A stretch of 24,111 bases of DNA from a bacterium (GTDB taxonomy: Bacteria > Sysuimicrobiota > Sysuimicrobiia > Sysuimicrobiales > Kaftiobacteriaceae), in contig JBIOWP010000085.1 of assembly GCA_044868695.1 (NCBI GenBank), positions 1-24,111 of the forward strand. The letters run 5' to 3'. The position numbers were made by a program, and so were the translations under genes. Positions 7,730 to 16,336 of this stretch are shown here, in pieces. The notes below the pieces were generated by a model, which was given only the letters and a program-made list of their open reading frames with translations, did no database searches and was not told the DNA's origin. The stretch's first letter is position 1, and each line of letters starts with the position of its first letter.

Positions 7730-8251
7730 TCAGGTGAGGGTCCAGGCGTCTTTCCAGCTTTGGGGGAGCGGCAGGTCGGCGATATTCGCGTAGAACGCCC
7801 ACATCCCATGGTGAAGCGTCTCGTGCTGCAGCAGCCGCAGAAGGTGCTGGAGGAGGGTGAGTGTGGCCCCGCCCCAATCGATGGGCCGCGCCAGTTGCTC
7901 GGGCGTCAGCTTCCGCAGCGCCGTGAGCAGTTCTTCATCTAGATGGTGCATGTAGGCGGCCAGATTTTCCTTCGACTGTTCCAGCGCCCGCTGGCGGGGC
8001 GCCCGGAAATCCATCCTGCCGGTGCCGATGGCCGCGACATAGCAGCCCTGGATGTCGGCCGCGTGGCGCATCTGCCTGACGAGCGTCCCAAACCCCGGTT
8101 GTGGAGAGAAGTTCATCACCGCGTACGGCAACGCCCGAAGCAGGTCGTAGGTCAACGCGCGCGTCTGCCTCCACGCCTCTGCCCACTGCGCGATGTCGGG
8201 GGTGGGGAAAGCGTCGCCAGCCCCCTGGTCCGCGGTCCCCGTTCCGGTCAT
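7730..8251 (-). CDS. DinB/YfiT superfamily protein (173 aa)
   Basis: DinB pattern TRALT..LL..LP..MNFSP, RQMRH, LLQHETLHHG (His triad); ATGA overlap with the ABC ATPase. Confidence 0.82.
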   Translation of the reverse strand: MTGTGTADQGAGDAFPTPDIAQWAEAWRQTRALTYDLLRALPYAVMNFSPQPGFGTLVRQMRHAADIQGCYVAAIGTGRMDFRAPRQRALEQSKENLAAYMHHLDEELLTALRKLTPEQLARPIDWGGATLTLLQHLLRLLQHETLHHGMWAFYANIADLPLPQSWKDAWTLT

Positions 8252-9123
8252 TGCAGCGATTGCGCCTCCCGCAGGGCCGCGCGCCCCTCGCGCACCGCCT
8301 GGAAGAAGGCCGGCTCGTCCTTCAAGGCGGCGGTCCGCGGGCGCGGCAGATTCACGGCGACTTCCCGCACGATGCTGGACCCGGTGCGCGGCGACGCCCC
8401 CCGGCCCATGACGACCACGCGGTCCGACAGAAAGACCGCCTCCTCGATCGAGTGCGTGACGAAGATGATGGTGAGGTTTCGCAGCTCATACAGCCGCAGC
8501 AGCTCCAGATTCATCCGGTCGCGGGTGATCTCATCCAGCGCCCCGAACGGCTCGTCGAGCAGCAAGACCTGCGGGTCGAGCGTGAGCGCGCGCGCGAGCG
8601 CGACGCGCTGCTGCATCCCGCCGGACAGCTTCTCGGGATGGTAGCGTGCAAACGCCTCTAGCTCCACCATCCGCAGGACCTGCTGTGTCTGCGCCAGGTA
8701 CTGTCCGCGGTGAGCCCGCCACGCCCACCACCGCGGATCGCGGAGCCGCAGCGGCAGCAGGACGTTTTCCTCCACCGTGAGCCATTCGAACAGGACGGGC
8801 TGCTGGAAGATGACCGAGGACAGCCCTCCCTGCACGGCCTCGCGCGGCGGTCGGCCGCACACTTCGAGCCGTCCCGCCGTGGGTACGCGGATGCCGGCCA
8901 GCAGGAACAGGACGGTGGTCTTGCCGCATCCGGAGGGGCCGATGACGGAGACAAACTCCCCCCGCTGGACGTCCAGGGTGACATTCAGCACCACGTCCAG
9001 CGCCTGCGGCGATCCGCCCCCGAACACGCCGCGCGTCCCGGCGACCTCGTAGGTCTTGGAGATCTGTTCCAGGCGGAGAATGGGAGGAGGCCGGACCTCC
9101 GCCGGCCTCCCCGTCTCGTTCAC
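8248..9123 (-). CDS. ABC transporter ATP-binding protein, NitT/TauT family
   Basis: Walker A GPSGCGKT, signature LSGGMQQRVALARAL, Walker B LLLDEPFGALD, VTHSIEEAVFLSDRV. Confidence 0.95.
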   Translation of the reverse strand: MNETGRPAEVRPPPILRLEQISKTYEVAGTRGVFGGGSPQALDVVLNVTLDVQRGEFVSVIGPSGCGKTTVLFLLAGIRVPTAGRLEVCGRPPREAVQGGLSSVIFQQPVLFEWLTVEENVLLPLRLRDPRWWAWRAHRGQYLAQTQQVLRMVELEAFARYHPEKLSGGMQQRVALARALTLDPQVLLLDEPFGALDEITRDRMNLELLRLYELRNLTIIFVTHSIEEAVFLSDRVVVMGRGASPRTGSSIVREVAVNLPRPRTAALKDEPAFFQAVREGRAALREAQSLQ

Positions 9124-10106
9124 GGCTTGACGCCGCTACTGAACTGCGTGGTGTAGGCGGCTTTGACGTTTGGGGTCGACATGAAGATGCCGGCCGCCAC
9201 CAGATCGTTCGCGAGTCGGTCCCACGCGGCCGTGTCGATGTAGCCCAACCCGTTCTGCCGCGTCGCCGGCGTCTCGATGATGGATGCCAGGAAATCCATC
9301 CCCGCGATCTCGTGGGCTTTGTCCAGGTTCTTGTTGTACTTCAAGAGGATGTCGGCTGTCTCGCCGCGGTTGGCCAGCGCGTACTGGAAACCCTTGTAGT
9401 GCCCGGTCACAAACTGCTGGACGATCTGCGGGTACTTGCGGACGATCTCCTCGGTGGTGAAGATGACGTTCTCCGGCCATTTCATCCCGAAGTCGTCCGC
9501 GTACGAATACACGTAGTACGTTTCCTTCACGACGCGCTTGGCGACCAGTACTTCGTTGTAGCCCATCGCGTGCGCGAACTGGACCTGTTTCTGCACCCAG
9601 GCCCCGATCGTCGCGGGGTCGCCCTGCTGGTTGACGACTTTGATTTGCTTCTCCCACCCGCGGCCGATCATCGCCTTGATCTGCTTGTCATAGCCGATCC
9701 AGGTGGCCACGTTCCCTTTCACGTCCTTCGGGGACCGCAGCGGCACCCAGGACAGCAGATGGATCGCCGACTTCTGGAAGTCGTGGGAGACAACGACCAG
9801 CGGAAGCCTCTGCTTCTCCCGCGCCTCCAGGATGTTGTATGGGTAATCCACGCCGAACACGATCTCGCCGGCGCGCGCCTTGGCCATGACGCGGTCGATC
9901 GGCGACAGCCCCGGCCCGCCGCTGATCACCTGCACCCGCAGGTTGCCGAAGTACCCCTTCTCCACGCCGACGGGATCACCCATCGACTCGTTGTGGATGA
10001 ACCAGGCCTCGATCATCGAGACCGGCTGTCCCTGCGCCGCGGCGCCGGCCGACACCGCAAGCGCCAGGGCCAGCGTCACAATCACAATCCGGTGCATCAT
10101 CCGCAT
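9120..10106 (-). CDS. ABC transporter substrate-binding protein, NMT1/THI5-like (328 aa)
   Basis: ATG at 10106 after GGAGGTGG; signal peptide; EKGYF...GGPG, YNE, IFTTEE, KGFQYALAN, GLGYID; flanked by permease and ATPase. Confidence 0.85.
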   Translation of the reverse strand: MRMMHRIVIVTLALALAVSAGAAAQGQPVSMIEAWFIHNESMGDPVGVEKGYFGNLRVQVISGGPGLSPIDRVMAKARAGEIVFGVDYPYNILEAREKQRLPLVVVSHDFQKSAIHLLSWVPLRSPKDVKGNVATWIGYDKQIKAMIGRGWEKQIKVVNQQGDPATIGAWVQKQVQFAHAMGYNEVLVAKRVVKETYYVYSYADDFGMKWPENVIFTTEEIVRKYPQIVQQFVTGHYKGFQYALANRGETADILLKYNKNLDKAHEIAGMDFLASIIETPATRQNGLGYIDTAAWDRLANDLVAAGIFMSTPNVKAAYTTQFSSGVKP

Positions 10107-10135
10107 GCTCCACCTCCGAGATATGTGTGCGCGCC

Positions 10136-10954
10136 CTACGGGCGCTCTCTTGCGATGCTGACATGCCACGGCAGCATCAGCCGTTCCGCGACCGTGACGA
10201 TCCCCAGCAACACCCAGCCGATCATGGTGCAGAACACCGCGGCCAGGAACACCCGTACCGTGTTGCCGACGTAGCGCGAATCCAGGATCATGTAGCCCAG
10301 ACCTTCGAACGCGCCAAACAGCTCGCCGACGATCGCGCCGTTGACCGCCGCCATGACTCCGCCTTTGAGACTGGTGAAGATGATCGGCAGCGCCGACGGC
10401 AGCTTCAACAGCAGCATCCGCTGCAGCCAGGAGGCATTGTACACGTCCATCAGGGCCTCGCGCATGGGATCGACGGAGATAAACTCCTTGTGGGTGTGGT
10501 ACAGCACCGCAAAGAACGTGTACAGCCCCGCGATGACGATCTTGCTCGTGATCCCCAGCCCGAACCACACGACCACCAGCGAGGCCAGGGCGACGAACGG
10601 CGTGCTGTTGAGGGTCACCACGAGGCGGTACAGGAAGTTTTCCAGCGTGCGCGGCAGCCACACGAACAGCATCGCTCCCAGCAGGGCCAGCGCCGACCCG
10701 GCCACAAACCCGAGCACCGTCTCCTGAGAGGTGACCTTCGCGTAGTAGAGCACGAGCGGGGCGTCATCTCCCAGCGCGCGCAGGATTTGCGACGGCGCCG
10801 GTAGCAGGTAGGGCTGGTTGTACAGGCGCGACCCGACTTCCCACGCCGCGACGAGGAACGCGGCGAACACGGTCCACGACCCCAGGTCGGCGAACGGCGT
10901 GCGCCGCGGGGCCGGGCGGAGCGGAGGCGCCGGGCGGGCGCTCTCCTGCGCCAT
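10136..10954 (-). CDS. ABC transporter permease, NitT/TauT family (272 aa)
   Basis: TGATG overlap with the codA stop; LLPAPSQI, VVWFGLG..SK, KLPSALP, AIVGE.FG..EGLGY. Confidence 0.93.
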   Translation of the reverse strand: MAQESARPAPPLRPAPRRTPFADLGSWTVFAAFLVAAWEVGSRLYNQPYLLPAPSQILRALGDDAPLVLYYAKVTSQETVLGFVAGSALALLGAMLFVWLPRTLENFLYRLVVTLNSTPFVALASLVVVWFGLGITSKIVIAGLYTFFAVLYHTHKEFISVDPMREALMDVYNASWLQRMLLLKLPSALPIIFTSLKGGVMAAVNGAIVGELFGAFEGLGYMILDSRYVGNTVRVFLAAVFCTMIGWVLLGIVTVAERLMLPWHVSIARERP

Positions 10955-12222
10955 CACGGCACGAACCGGACGGGCTCGTCCCGGCCGTTCCAACGCACGG
11001 CCGAGCGCGCGGGCTGGGTCTGCGCGACCACCCTGCCGCGAGAGACGACGACGCGGCGGACCGCCAGCGTGCGTACCGCCTCCACCGCGGTGGGGGCGTC
11101 AAAGACGACCAGATCGGCGCGCTTCCCTTCCGCGAGGCCGTAGTCGTCCGCGCCGAAGCAGGCCGCGGCCCGCGTGGTCACCAGGTCCAGCATCGTCTCC
11201 AGCTCATCGCGGCCGGACATCTGGCCGTAGTGGACCATCACGAAACAGGCCTGCACCGGATCCCCCACCCCCAGCGGATACCACGGATCCATGATGGAGT
11301 CGTGACCGATGCACACGTTGATGCCGTTCGCCAGCAGCTCCTTCACCCGGGTAAAGCCGCGCCGGACGGGGTACCCGTCGAACCGTCCCTGCAGCACCGA
11401 GTTGTCCAATGGATTCGTGATGACGTGCACCCCCGCGTGGCGGATCCAGCGGATCAGACGGTAGGCGTAGGCGTTGTTGTAGGAGTGCATCGCAGTGGTG
11501 TGGCTGGCGGTGACGCGGCCCTGGAGCCCGAGCCGGACGGTCTCCGCCGCCACCAGCTCCAGGAAGCGGCTCTGATCGTCGTCGGTCTCATCGCAGTGCA
11601 GGTCGGCGCGGCGGTCGTACTCGGCGGCCAGCCGCAGCACGGTGCGGACGTCGCGCTCCCCGTACTCGCGGGTCCACTCGTAGTGGGGAATGCCGCCGAC
11701 GACGTCCGCGCCCATCTCCAGCGCCCGCACCATCAGCTGCTCGCCGTCGGGAAATGAATAGATCCCCTGCTGCGGGAACGCCACAATCTGCAGGGTCATG
11801 GCATCCTTGACCGCGTCGCGCACCTCCAGCAGCGCCCCGAGCGCGGTCAGCTTGGGGTCGCAGACATCCACGTGCGTCCGGACGTGCGTCACGCCGTGCG
11901 CCAGCATCCACTTCAACGCGGTCGCGGCACGCTGGGTGACGTCCTCGTGCGAGAGCGACTTGATCCGCTCACCCCAGATCTCGATCCCTTCAAACAGCGA
12001 GCCGGTGCGGTTGTGCCGCGGCTGGCCGACGGTCAGCACGGCATCAAGGTGGATGTGCGGTTCCACGAGCGCCGGCGTCACGAGGCTGCCGGCGGCGTCG
12101 ACCTCGGCCGGGGCCCGGTCGGGAAGCGACGGCGCGATCACCGCGATGCGGTCGCCGCGGATGCCGATGTCACACAGGGCTGCCTGGCCCTGGATGGCGG
12201 CGTTGCGGATCATGAGGTCCAT
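10954..12222 (-). CDS. codA: Cytosine deaminase, amidohydrolase superfamily (candidate 5-methylcytosine deaminase; 422 aa)
   Basis: EPHIHLD, GSLFEGIE.W, VRTHVD, VAFPQ, GGIPHYE, HCDETDD, SHTTAMHSY, GHDSIMDPWYPLG: the full bacterial CodA motif set. Confidence 0.92.
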   Translation of the reverse strand: MDLMIRNAAIQGQAALCDIGIRGDRIAVIAPSLPDRAPAEVDAAGSLVTPALVEPHIHLDAVLTVGQPRHNRTGSLFEGIEIWGERIKSLSHEDVTQRAATALKWMLAHGVTHVRTHVDVCDPKLTALGALLEVRDAVKDAMTLQIVAFPQQGIYSFPDGEQLMVRALEMGADVVGGIPHYEWTREYGERDVRTVLRLAAEYDRRADLHCDETDDDQSRFLELVAAETVRLGLQGRVTASHTTAMHSYNNAYAYRLIRWIRHAGVHVITNPLDNSVLQGRFDGYPVRRGFTRVKELLANGINVCIGHDSIMDPWYPLGVGDPVQACFVMVHYGQMSGRDELETMLDLVTTRAAACFGADDYGLAEGKRADLVVFDAPTAVEAVRTLAVRRVVVSRGRVVAQTQPARSAVRWNGRDEPVRFVP

Positions 12223-12284
12223 GAGGGTTGGAGAAGCGGACGTCCTGGGATTTCGTCGAGCCGCGAGGGCTTCCTGCCGGCGTC

Positions 12285-12716
12285 CTACGAGTCAGTTCTC
12301 CTGAGGTGCGCACGGAAGTGCGCTTCGATGCGGGCACGCAGGACCGCAGGGTCAGAGGCGGGATCGGTCACGTCATCGCGCGGGACCGCCAGCGGCACCG
12401 CCAGCACCCACGCCCCCCCAAGCTCCGCGCGGATGGCCTGCGCGTCCTCGGTAAGGTCCACCGCCGCGCCGGGCGCGAGCTCGCGGGCCACCACGACCAC
12501 CAGCTCCTGAAAGCGCTCGATGCCGAGCAGGTTGCGCATCACCTCCAGCGCGCGGTCACGGACGTCGTCAGGACTGCGACCGCGCACCGGGGTGCGGGTG
12601 AGGGTGCGTCCGGTGACCGGATCCCGAATCACCGCGCTGTAGCGGCGCTCGTGATCCGGTCCTTCAACCACCAGGCGGAACTCGCGGCCGTAGACGACGA
12701 GAGACTCACCCGTCAT
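12285..12716 (-). CDS. Hypothetical protein (143 aa)
   Basis: ATG at 12716 forms an ATGA overlap with the upstream stop; protein-like composition; no family recognised. Confidence 0.7.
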   Translation of the reverse strand: MTGESLVVYGREFRLVVEGPDHERRYSAVIRDPVTGRTLTRTPVRGRSPDDVRDRALEVMRNLLGIERFQELVVVVARELAPGAAVDLTEDAQAIRAELGGAWVLAVPLAVPRDDVTDPASDPAVLRARIEAHFRAHLRRTDS

Positions 12717-13780
12717 CGGCTGAGACCGGCCAGCAGTGTCGCCAGTGCCTCGCCGCTGCGCCCTGCCCATTCCCGCAGCAACGGCAGCACCGGCTCGATC
12801 GCACGCAGGCCTTCGACGCCGCCGTCGGGGAGCATCCGCATGACGGCACGCGTCCGGCCTCCATCCCGTGGCACGAGCTCGAAAGTGAACAGGGCGGTGC
12901 CCGCAGGCGTCGTGGACCGCTCCGTGAAGTAGCGGAACGGCTTCCAGTCCAGAATCTCCTCGTCGACGGTGAACTCCCCGTGGACGCAGTGATTCGTGGT
13001 GCCGACCCCCGGCACGCCGCGCGGGTTGCGTTGGTCCACCCGCCGGGTGTCCACCTGCCACAGGGGCCGCCTGGCCGGCGAGGTCAGGTAGTCCCACACA
13101 ACCGCCGGGGGCGCGTCCAGGTCATACTCGGCCATGGTAATCCCGCGGTCCGGGCCGACGTACACGCTCTGGCCCTCCTGCTCTTCGCGCCAGCGCCGCT
13201 CGAGATCCAGGACATAGCCGGTGACCTCGCCGACATCGTCAAACGCCTGCGTGTGCTCCACCATCCCCAGCACCGCAGGGTCGAGTCCAAACCGCTCCAC
13301 GCACGCCTTGGTGAAGAAGGCGTATCCGCGCAGCCGGGTGCGGTCCGCCACCGTGTTCTTGAGCAGCCGGTGCACGAGGATCACGTCCTGGCCGACCAGC
13401 TCGCGGTTGCCGGCGATGTCATGCAGCACGTACTGGCCGAAGTGCGTCATGAACTTGAGATTGAGCCGGGGAATGAGCCGGCAGGCGTCGCATTGGCAGG
13501 TCGTATGGCGTTTGATGTGCTCCAGCCGTCTTGCAAACGCCAGGTAGCACGACTCCGTCATCGTCAGGAGCCCGGCGCCGTCGGTCTCGCCCTCGTGCCC
13601 GTAGCAGAAGACGGCGTCGCCCTCGAGTTTGGCCAGGTGCAGGACGCCGCGCATCTGCTCGACCACCACGCCCATCAGGTCGGCCAGGATGTCCTGTGAG
13701 TGCTCCAGTTCGACCCCGGCCAGGTACGTCGAGTAGCCGGTGATGTCGCCGATGGCCAGGCACCCGCGCTCTACCGCCAT
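12713..13780 (-). CDS. DUF2652 (class III nucleotide cyclase-like) domain fused to SRPBCC/START domain (355 aa)
   Basis: ATG at 13780 after GGAGG; GDITGYS, KLEGDAVF, CQCDAC, LKF..H.G, GQDVILVHRLLKN; C-terminal APPAVVWDYLT..W, GVGTTNHCVHG, ILDWKPFRYFT. Confidence 0.85.
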   Translation of the reverse strand: MAVERGCLAIGDITGYSTYLAGVELEHSQDILADLMGVVVEQMRGVLHLAKLEGDAVFCYGHEGETDGAGLLTMTESCYLAFARRLEHIKRHTTCQCDACRLIPRLNLKFMTHFGQYVLHDIAGNRELVGQDVILVHRLLKNTVADRTRLRGYAFFTKACVERFGLDPAVLGMVEHTQAFDDVGEVTGYVLDLERRWREEQEGQSVYVGPDRGITMAEYDLDAPPAVVWDYLTSPARRPLWQVDTRRVDQRNPRGVPGVGTTNHCVHGEFTVDEEILDWKPFRYFTERSTTPAGTALFTFELVPRDGGRTRAVMRMLPDGGVEGLRAIEPVLPLLREWAGRSGEALATLLAGLSR

Positions 13781-13842
13781 GCCGTCCTCCGCATGCGGGC
13801 AGCCTTCCACAGCCTCTCTGGCGGCCCCTGCGTGCGACCCGC

Positions 13843-13848
13843 TAGAAT
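13843..13848 (+). promoter_or_regulatory. -10 element of a probable leaderless pdxA transcript
   Basis: TAGAAT lies 7 nt before the ATG at 13856; no properly spaced SD. Confidence 0.6.
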
Positions 13849-13855
13849 AGGATGC

Positions 13856-14836
13856 ATGAACGCGCAGGTCATTGCCGTGACGCTGGGCGACCCCGCGGGG
13901 ATCGGGCCGGAGATCGTCATGCGGTCGCTTGCATCCGACCCGGTCCGCCGGTCGGTGCGGGCGGTGGTCGTCGGCGACCGCTGGGTGGTGGAGCGCGCGA
14001 TGGACGTGACCGGGGTCCGTCTGGAGTTCTCCGCGTCCGGCCCCGCGCAGCTGATAGACCTGGCCAACGTGGACCACCGGCTGCAGTGGGGAAAACTCCA
14101 GGCGACGGCGGGCGGCGCGGCCGGCCAGTTCATCGAGCGGGCGGTGGAAGAGGCGCTCGCCGGCCGGGTGGATGCGATCGCCACCGCGCCCATTAATAAG
14201 GAAGCGCTGTGGCGGGCCGGCTACCGGCACCTGGGGCATACCGAAATGCTGGGAGCGCTGACCGGGTCCCCCGATCCCCTGACGATGTTTGTCGTCAGGA
14301 CGCTGCGGATTTTCTTCCTGACGCGCCACCTCTCGCTGCGGGACGCCCTCGAGCAGGTTACGCAGGAGCGGATCGCGGCCGTCCTCCCGCGCATGGCCGC
14401 CGAACTCCGCCGACTGGGGTTTCCCGAGGCGCGGATCGCGGTGGCGGCGCTGAACCCGCACGCCGGGGAAGGCGGGGCGCTGGGCCGCGAAGACCATGAG
14501 GAGATCGCCCCGGCAGTCGCTCAAGCGCGCGCGCAGGGACTGCGGGTGGATGGGCCAATACCCGCCGACGCGGTGTTCGCCCAGGCGCTGGACGGGCGGT
14601 ACGATGCCGTCCTCTCGCTGTACCACGACCAGGGGCACATCGCGGCTAAGACGGCGGACTTCCACGGCGCGGTCAGCGTGACACTGGGGCTGCCGTTCCT
14701 CCGCACCAGCGTGGATCACGGCACCGCGTTCGACATTGCCGGCACGGGCGTCGCACGCGCCGACAGCATGATCGCCGCCATTCTCATGGCGGGCGACCTC
14801 GTCAGACGCACGCGCCTGGCCGGAAAACCCGTCTGA
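13856..14836 (+). CDS. pdxA: PdxA family dehydrogenase (4-hydroxythreonine-4-phosphate or D-threonate 4-phosphate dehydrogenase, PdxA2-like; 326 aa)
   Basis: TLGDPAGIGPE, TAPINKE, GHTE, NPHAGEGG, YHDQGHI, RTSVDHGTAFDIAG. Confidence 0.93.
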   Translation: MNAQVIAVTLGDPAGIGPEIVMRSLASDPVRRSVRAVVVGDRWVVERAMDVTGVRLEFSASGPAQLIDLANVDHRLQWGKLQATAGGAAGQFIERAVEEALAGRVDAIATAPINKEALWRAGYRHLGHTEMLGALTGSPDPLTMFVVRTLRIFFLTRHLSLRDALEQVTQERIAAVLPRMAAELRRLGFPEARIAVAALNPHAGEGGALGREDHEEIAPAVAQARAQGLRVDGPIPADAVFAQALDGRYDAVLSLYHDQGHIAAKTADFHGAVSVTLGLPFLRTSVDHGTAFDIAGTGVARADSMIAAILMAGDLVRRTRLAGKPV

Positions 14837-15696
14837 TGCGGCGGACCGACCTCGCCATGCTCGCCCTGGTCCTCGTCTGGGGCGTGAACTTCCCCATCGT
14901 CAAGATCACGTTCCGCGAGATGAGCCCGATGGTGTTCACCGCTCTGCGCTTCGCCGGCGCCACGCTCCTGCTGCTCCTGGTGATGCGCCGGGAGGGTGGC
15001 GCGCCGGTGCCGAGGGCGCAGTGGCCCCTGGTGATCGTGCTCGGGCTGCTGGGCCACGCCGTGTATCAGATCTTCTTTATCAACGGCCTCGCCCGCACGA
15101 CGGCCGGCAACTCGTCCGTCATCCTCGCGATGGTCCCGCTGTTTGTGGCCGTACTGTCGGCACTTCTGCGGATCGAACGCGTCGCCCCCCGGACGTGGAT
15201 CGGCATCGCCCTGGCCTTTGCCGGGCTGTCGGTGCTGGTGGCCGGCCACGGCGGGCTGCGGATCAGCACGGCCACGCTGGCCGGGGATGTCCTCACGCTC
15301 TTCTGCTCATTGTGCTGGGCCGTGTACACGGTGCTCTCCCGCCCCCTGCTGCGGACGATGTCCCCCCTGCAGCTCACGACGGTCACGATGGCCGCCGGCG
15401 TGCCGGTGCTGATCCTGGCCGCCGTGCCCGAGCTGCTGCGCCAGTCCTGGGGCGCGGTGAGCTGGCCGGCGTGGGCCGCGCTGGCTTTCTCGACGGTGTT
15501 CTCCGTCGTAGTCGGCTACGTGGTCTGGTACGCGTCGGTGCAGGCGGTCGGCGGGCCGAAAACGGCCGTGTACTCCAATCTCATCCCCGTCGTGACGCTG
15601 GTCGCCTCCTGGTTCCTGCTCGGCGAGACCCTGGGCCCCCTGCAGGCCGTCGGCGCCGCGGTCGTCCTAACGGGCGTGTCCCTCGCCAGAACGTAG
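14836..15696 (+). CDS. DMT/EamA family transporter (286 aa)
   Basis: About 10 TM segments in two EamA repeats (WG.NF, LRF; WAVYTVL, NLIPV, LLGE); TGATG overlap with pdxA. Confidence 0.93.
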   Translation: MRRTDLAMLALVLVWGVNFPIVKITFREMSPMVFTALRFAGATLLLLLVMRREGGAPVPRAQWPLVIVLGLLGHAVYQIFFINGLARTTAGNSSVILAMVPLFVAVLSALLRIERVAPRTWIGIALAFAGLSVLVAGHGGLRISTATLAGDVLTLFCSLCWAVYTVLSRPLLRTMSPLQLTTVTMAAGVPVLILAAVPELLRQSWGAVSWPAWAALAFSTVFSVVVGYVVWYASVQAVGGPKTAVYSNLIPVVTLVASWFLLGETLGPLQAVGAAVVLTGVSLART

Positions 15697-15791
15697 CACC
15701 CCGTCCCCAGACCAGCGGCGTCTGCCATTCCACCGGGGCGGGCACAGCACCAGTGAAGCATCTTCTGTCACGCGCCGAGGGGGGGCTCAGC

Positions 15792-16331
15792 GTGTCGCAT
15801 CGATTTGTTTCAATCCTCACCGTCATCGCCGCGGTCACGATCGCGGCCACCACCGGTCTCGCCGCGCCGGCGTGGGTCACGTACAGGCACCCCCAGTTGG
15901 GATTCTCGCTGAACTATCCGGGCAGCTGGGCGCCCGCCGGAGAGGTCAGCGGGGTGGACTTCATGGCGCTCGGTCCCAACGCGGCGGGGCTGCCGGGCGT
16001 GCGGCTGAACGTCAACGTGACGCATGACACGATCCCCTCCGGCACCTCCGTCGACGTCTATCATGACAAGACCCAGGATGTGCTGAAGTCGATCTTCAAC
16101 GCGTATCGCCTGCTGCAGGTGGATCGAGTCAAAACCGGGTCGTTCCCCGCGATGCTCCGCCAGTACACCTGGAAGGCCAACAACGGCGTCGAAATCTACC
16201 AGCTGCAGCTGGTGACCGTGGACGGCACCCGTGGCTTCATCGCGACGGGGACCACGGGCGCCGCCTCAGGGCAGCTGGAGGGCGAGGCGAAGCTGCTGGC
16301 AAACATTCTGATGACGTTCCGGCCACGGTAG
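15792..16331 (+). CDS. Secreted PsbP/DcrB-like protein, paralog 1 (179 aa)
   Basis: GTG after GAGGGGGG; signal peptide; W.TY....GFSLNYP.SW start and IL.TFR end typical of PsbP/DcrB-like proteins. Confidence 0.75.
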   Translation: MSHRFVSILTVIAAVTIAATTGLAAPAWVTYRHPQLGFSLNYPGSWAPAGEVSGVDFMALGPNAAGLPGVRLNVNVTHDTIPSGTSVDVYHDKTQDVLKSIFNAYRLLQVDRVKTGSFPAMLRQYTWKANNGVEIYQLQLVTVDGTRGFIATGTTGAASGQLEGEAKLLANILMTFRPR

Positions 16332-16336
16332 CGGCG

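Noticed and set aside
7730..8251. DNA polymerase IV (dinB) reading of the DinB-family genes here and at 19451-19903
   Set aside because: These are 150-173 aa helical His-triad DinB/YfiT proteins, unrelated to Y-family polymerases.
10107..10661. N-terminal extension of the 513-aa ORF 9120-10661
   Set aside because: Overlaps the permease in another frame; SD and signal peptide place the start at 10106.
13781..14719. N-terminal extension of the 668-aa ORF 12713-14719
   Set aside because: Antisense to pdxA; the real start is 13780 with GGAGG.
15021..15791. N-terminal extension of the 436-aa ORF 15021-16331
   Set aside because: Out-of-frame overlap with the EamA gene; the signal peptide begins at GTG 15792.
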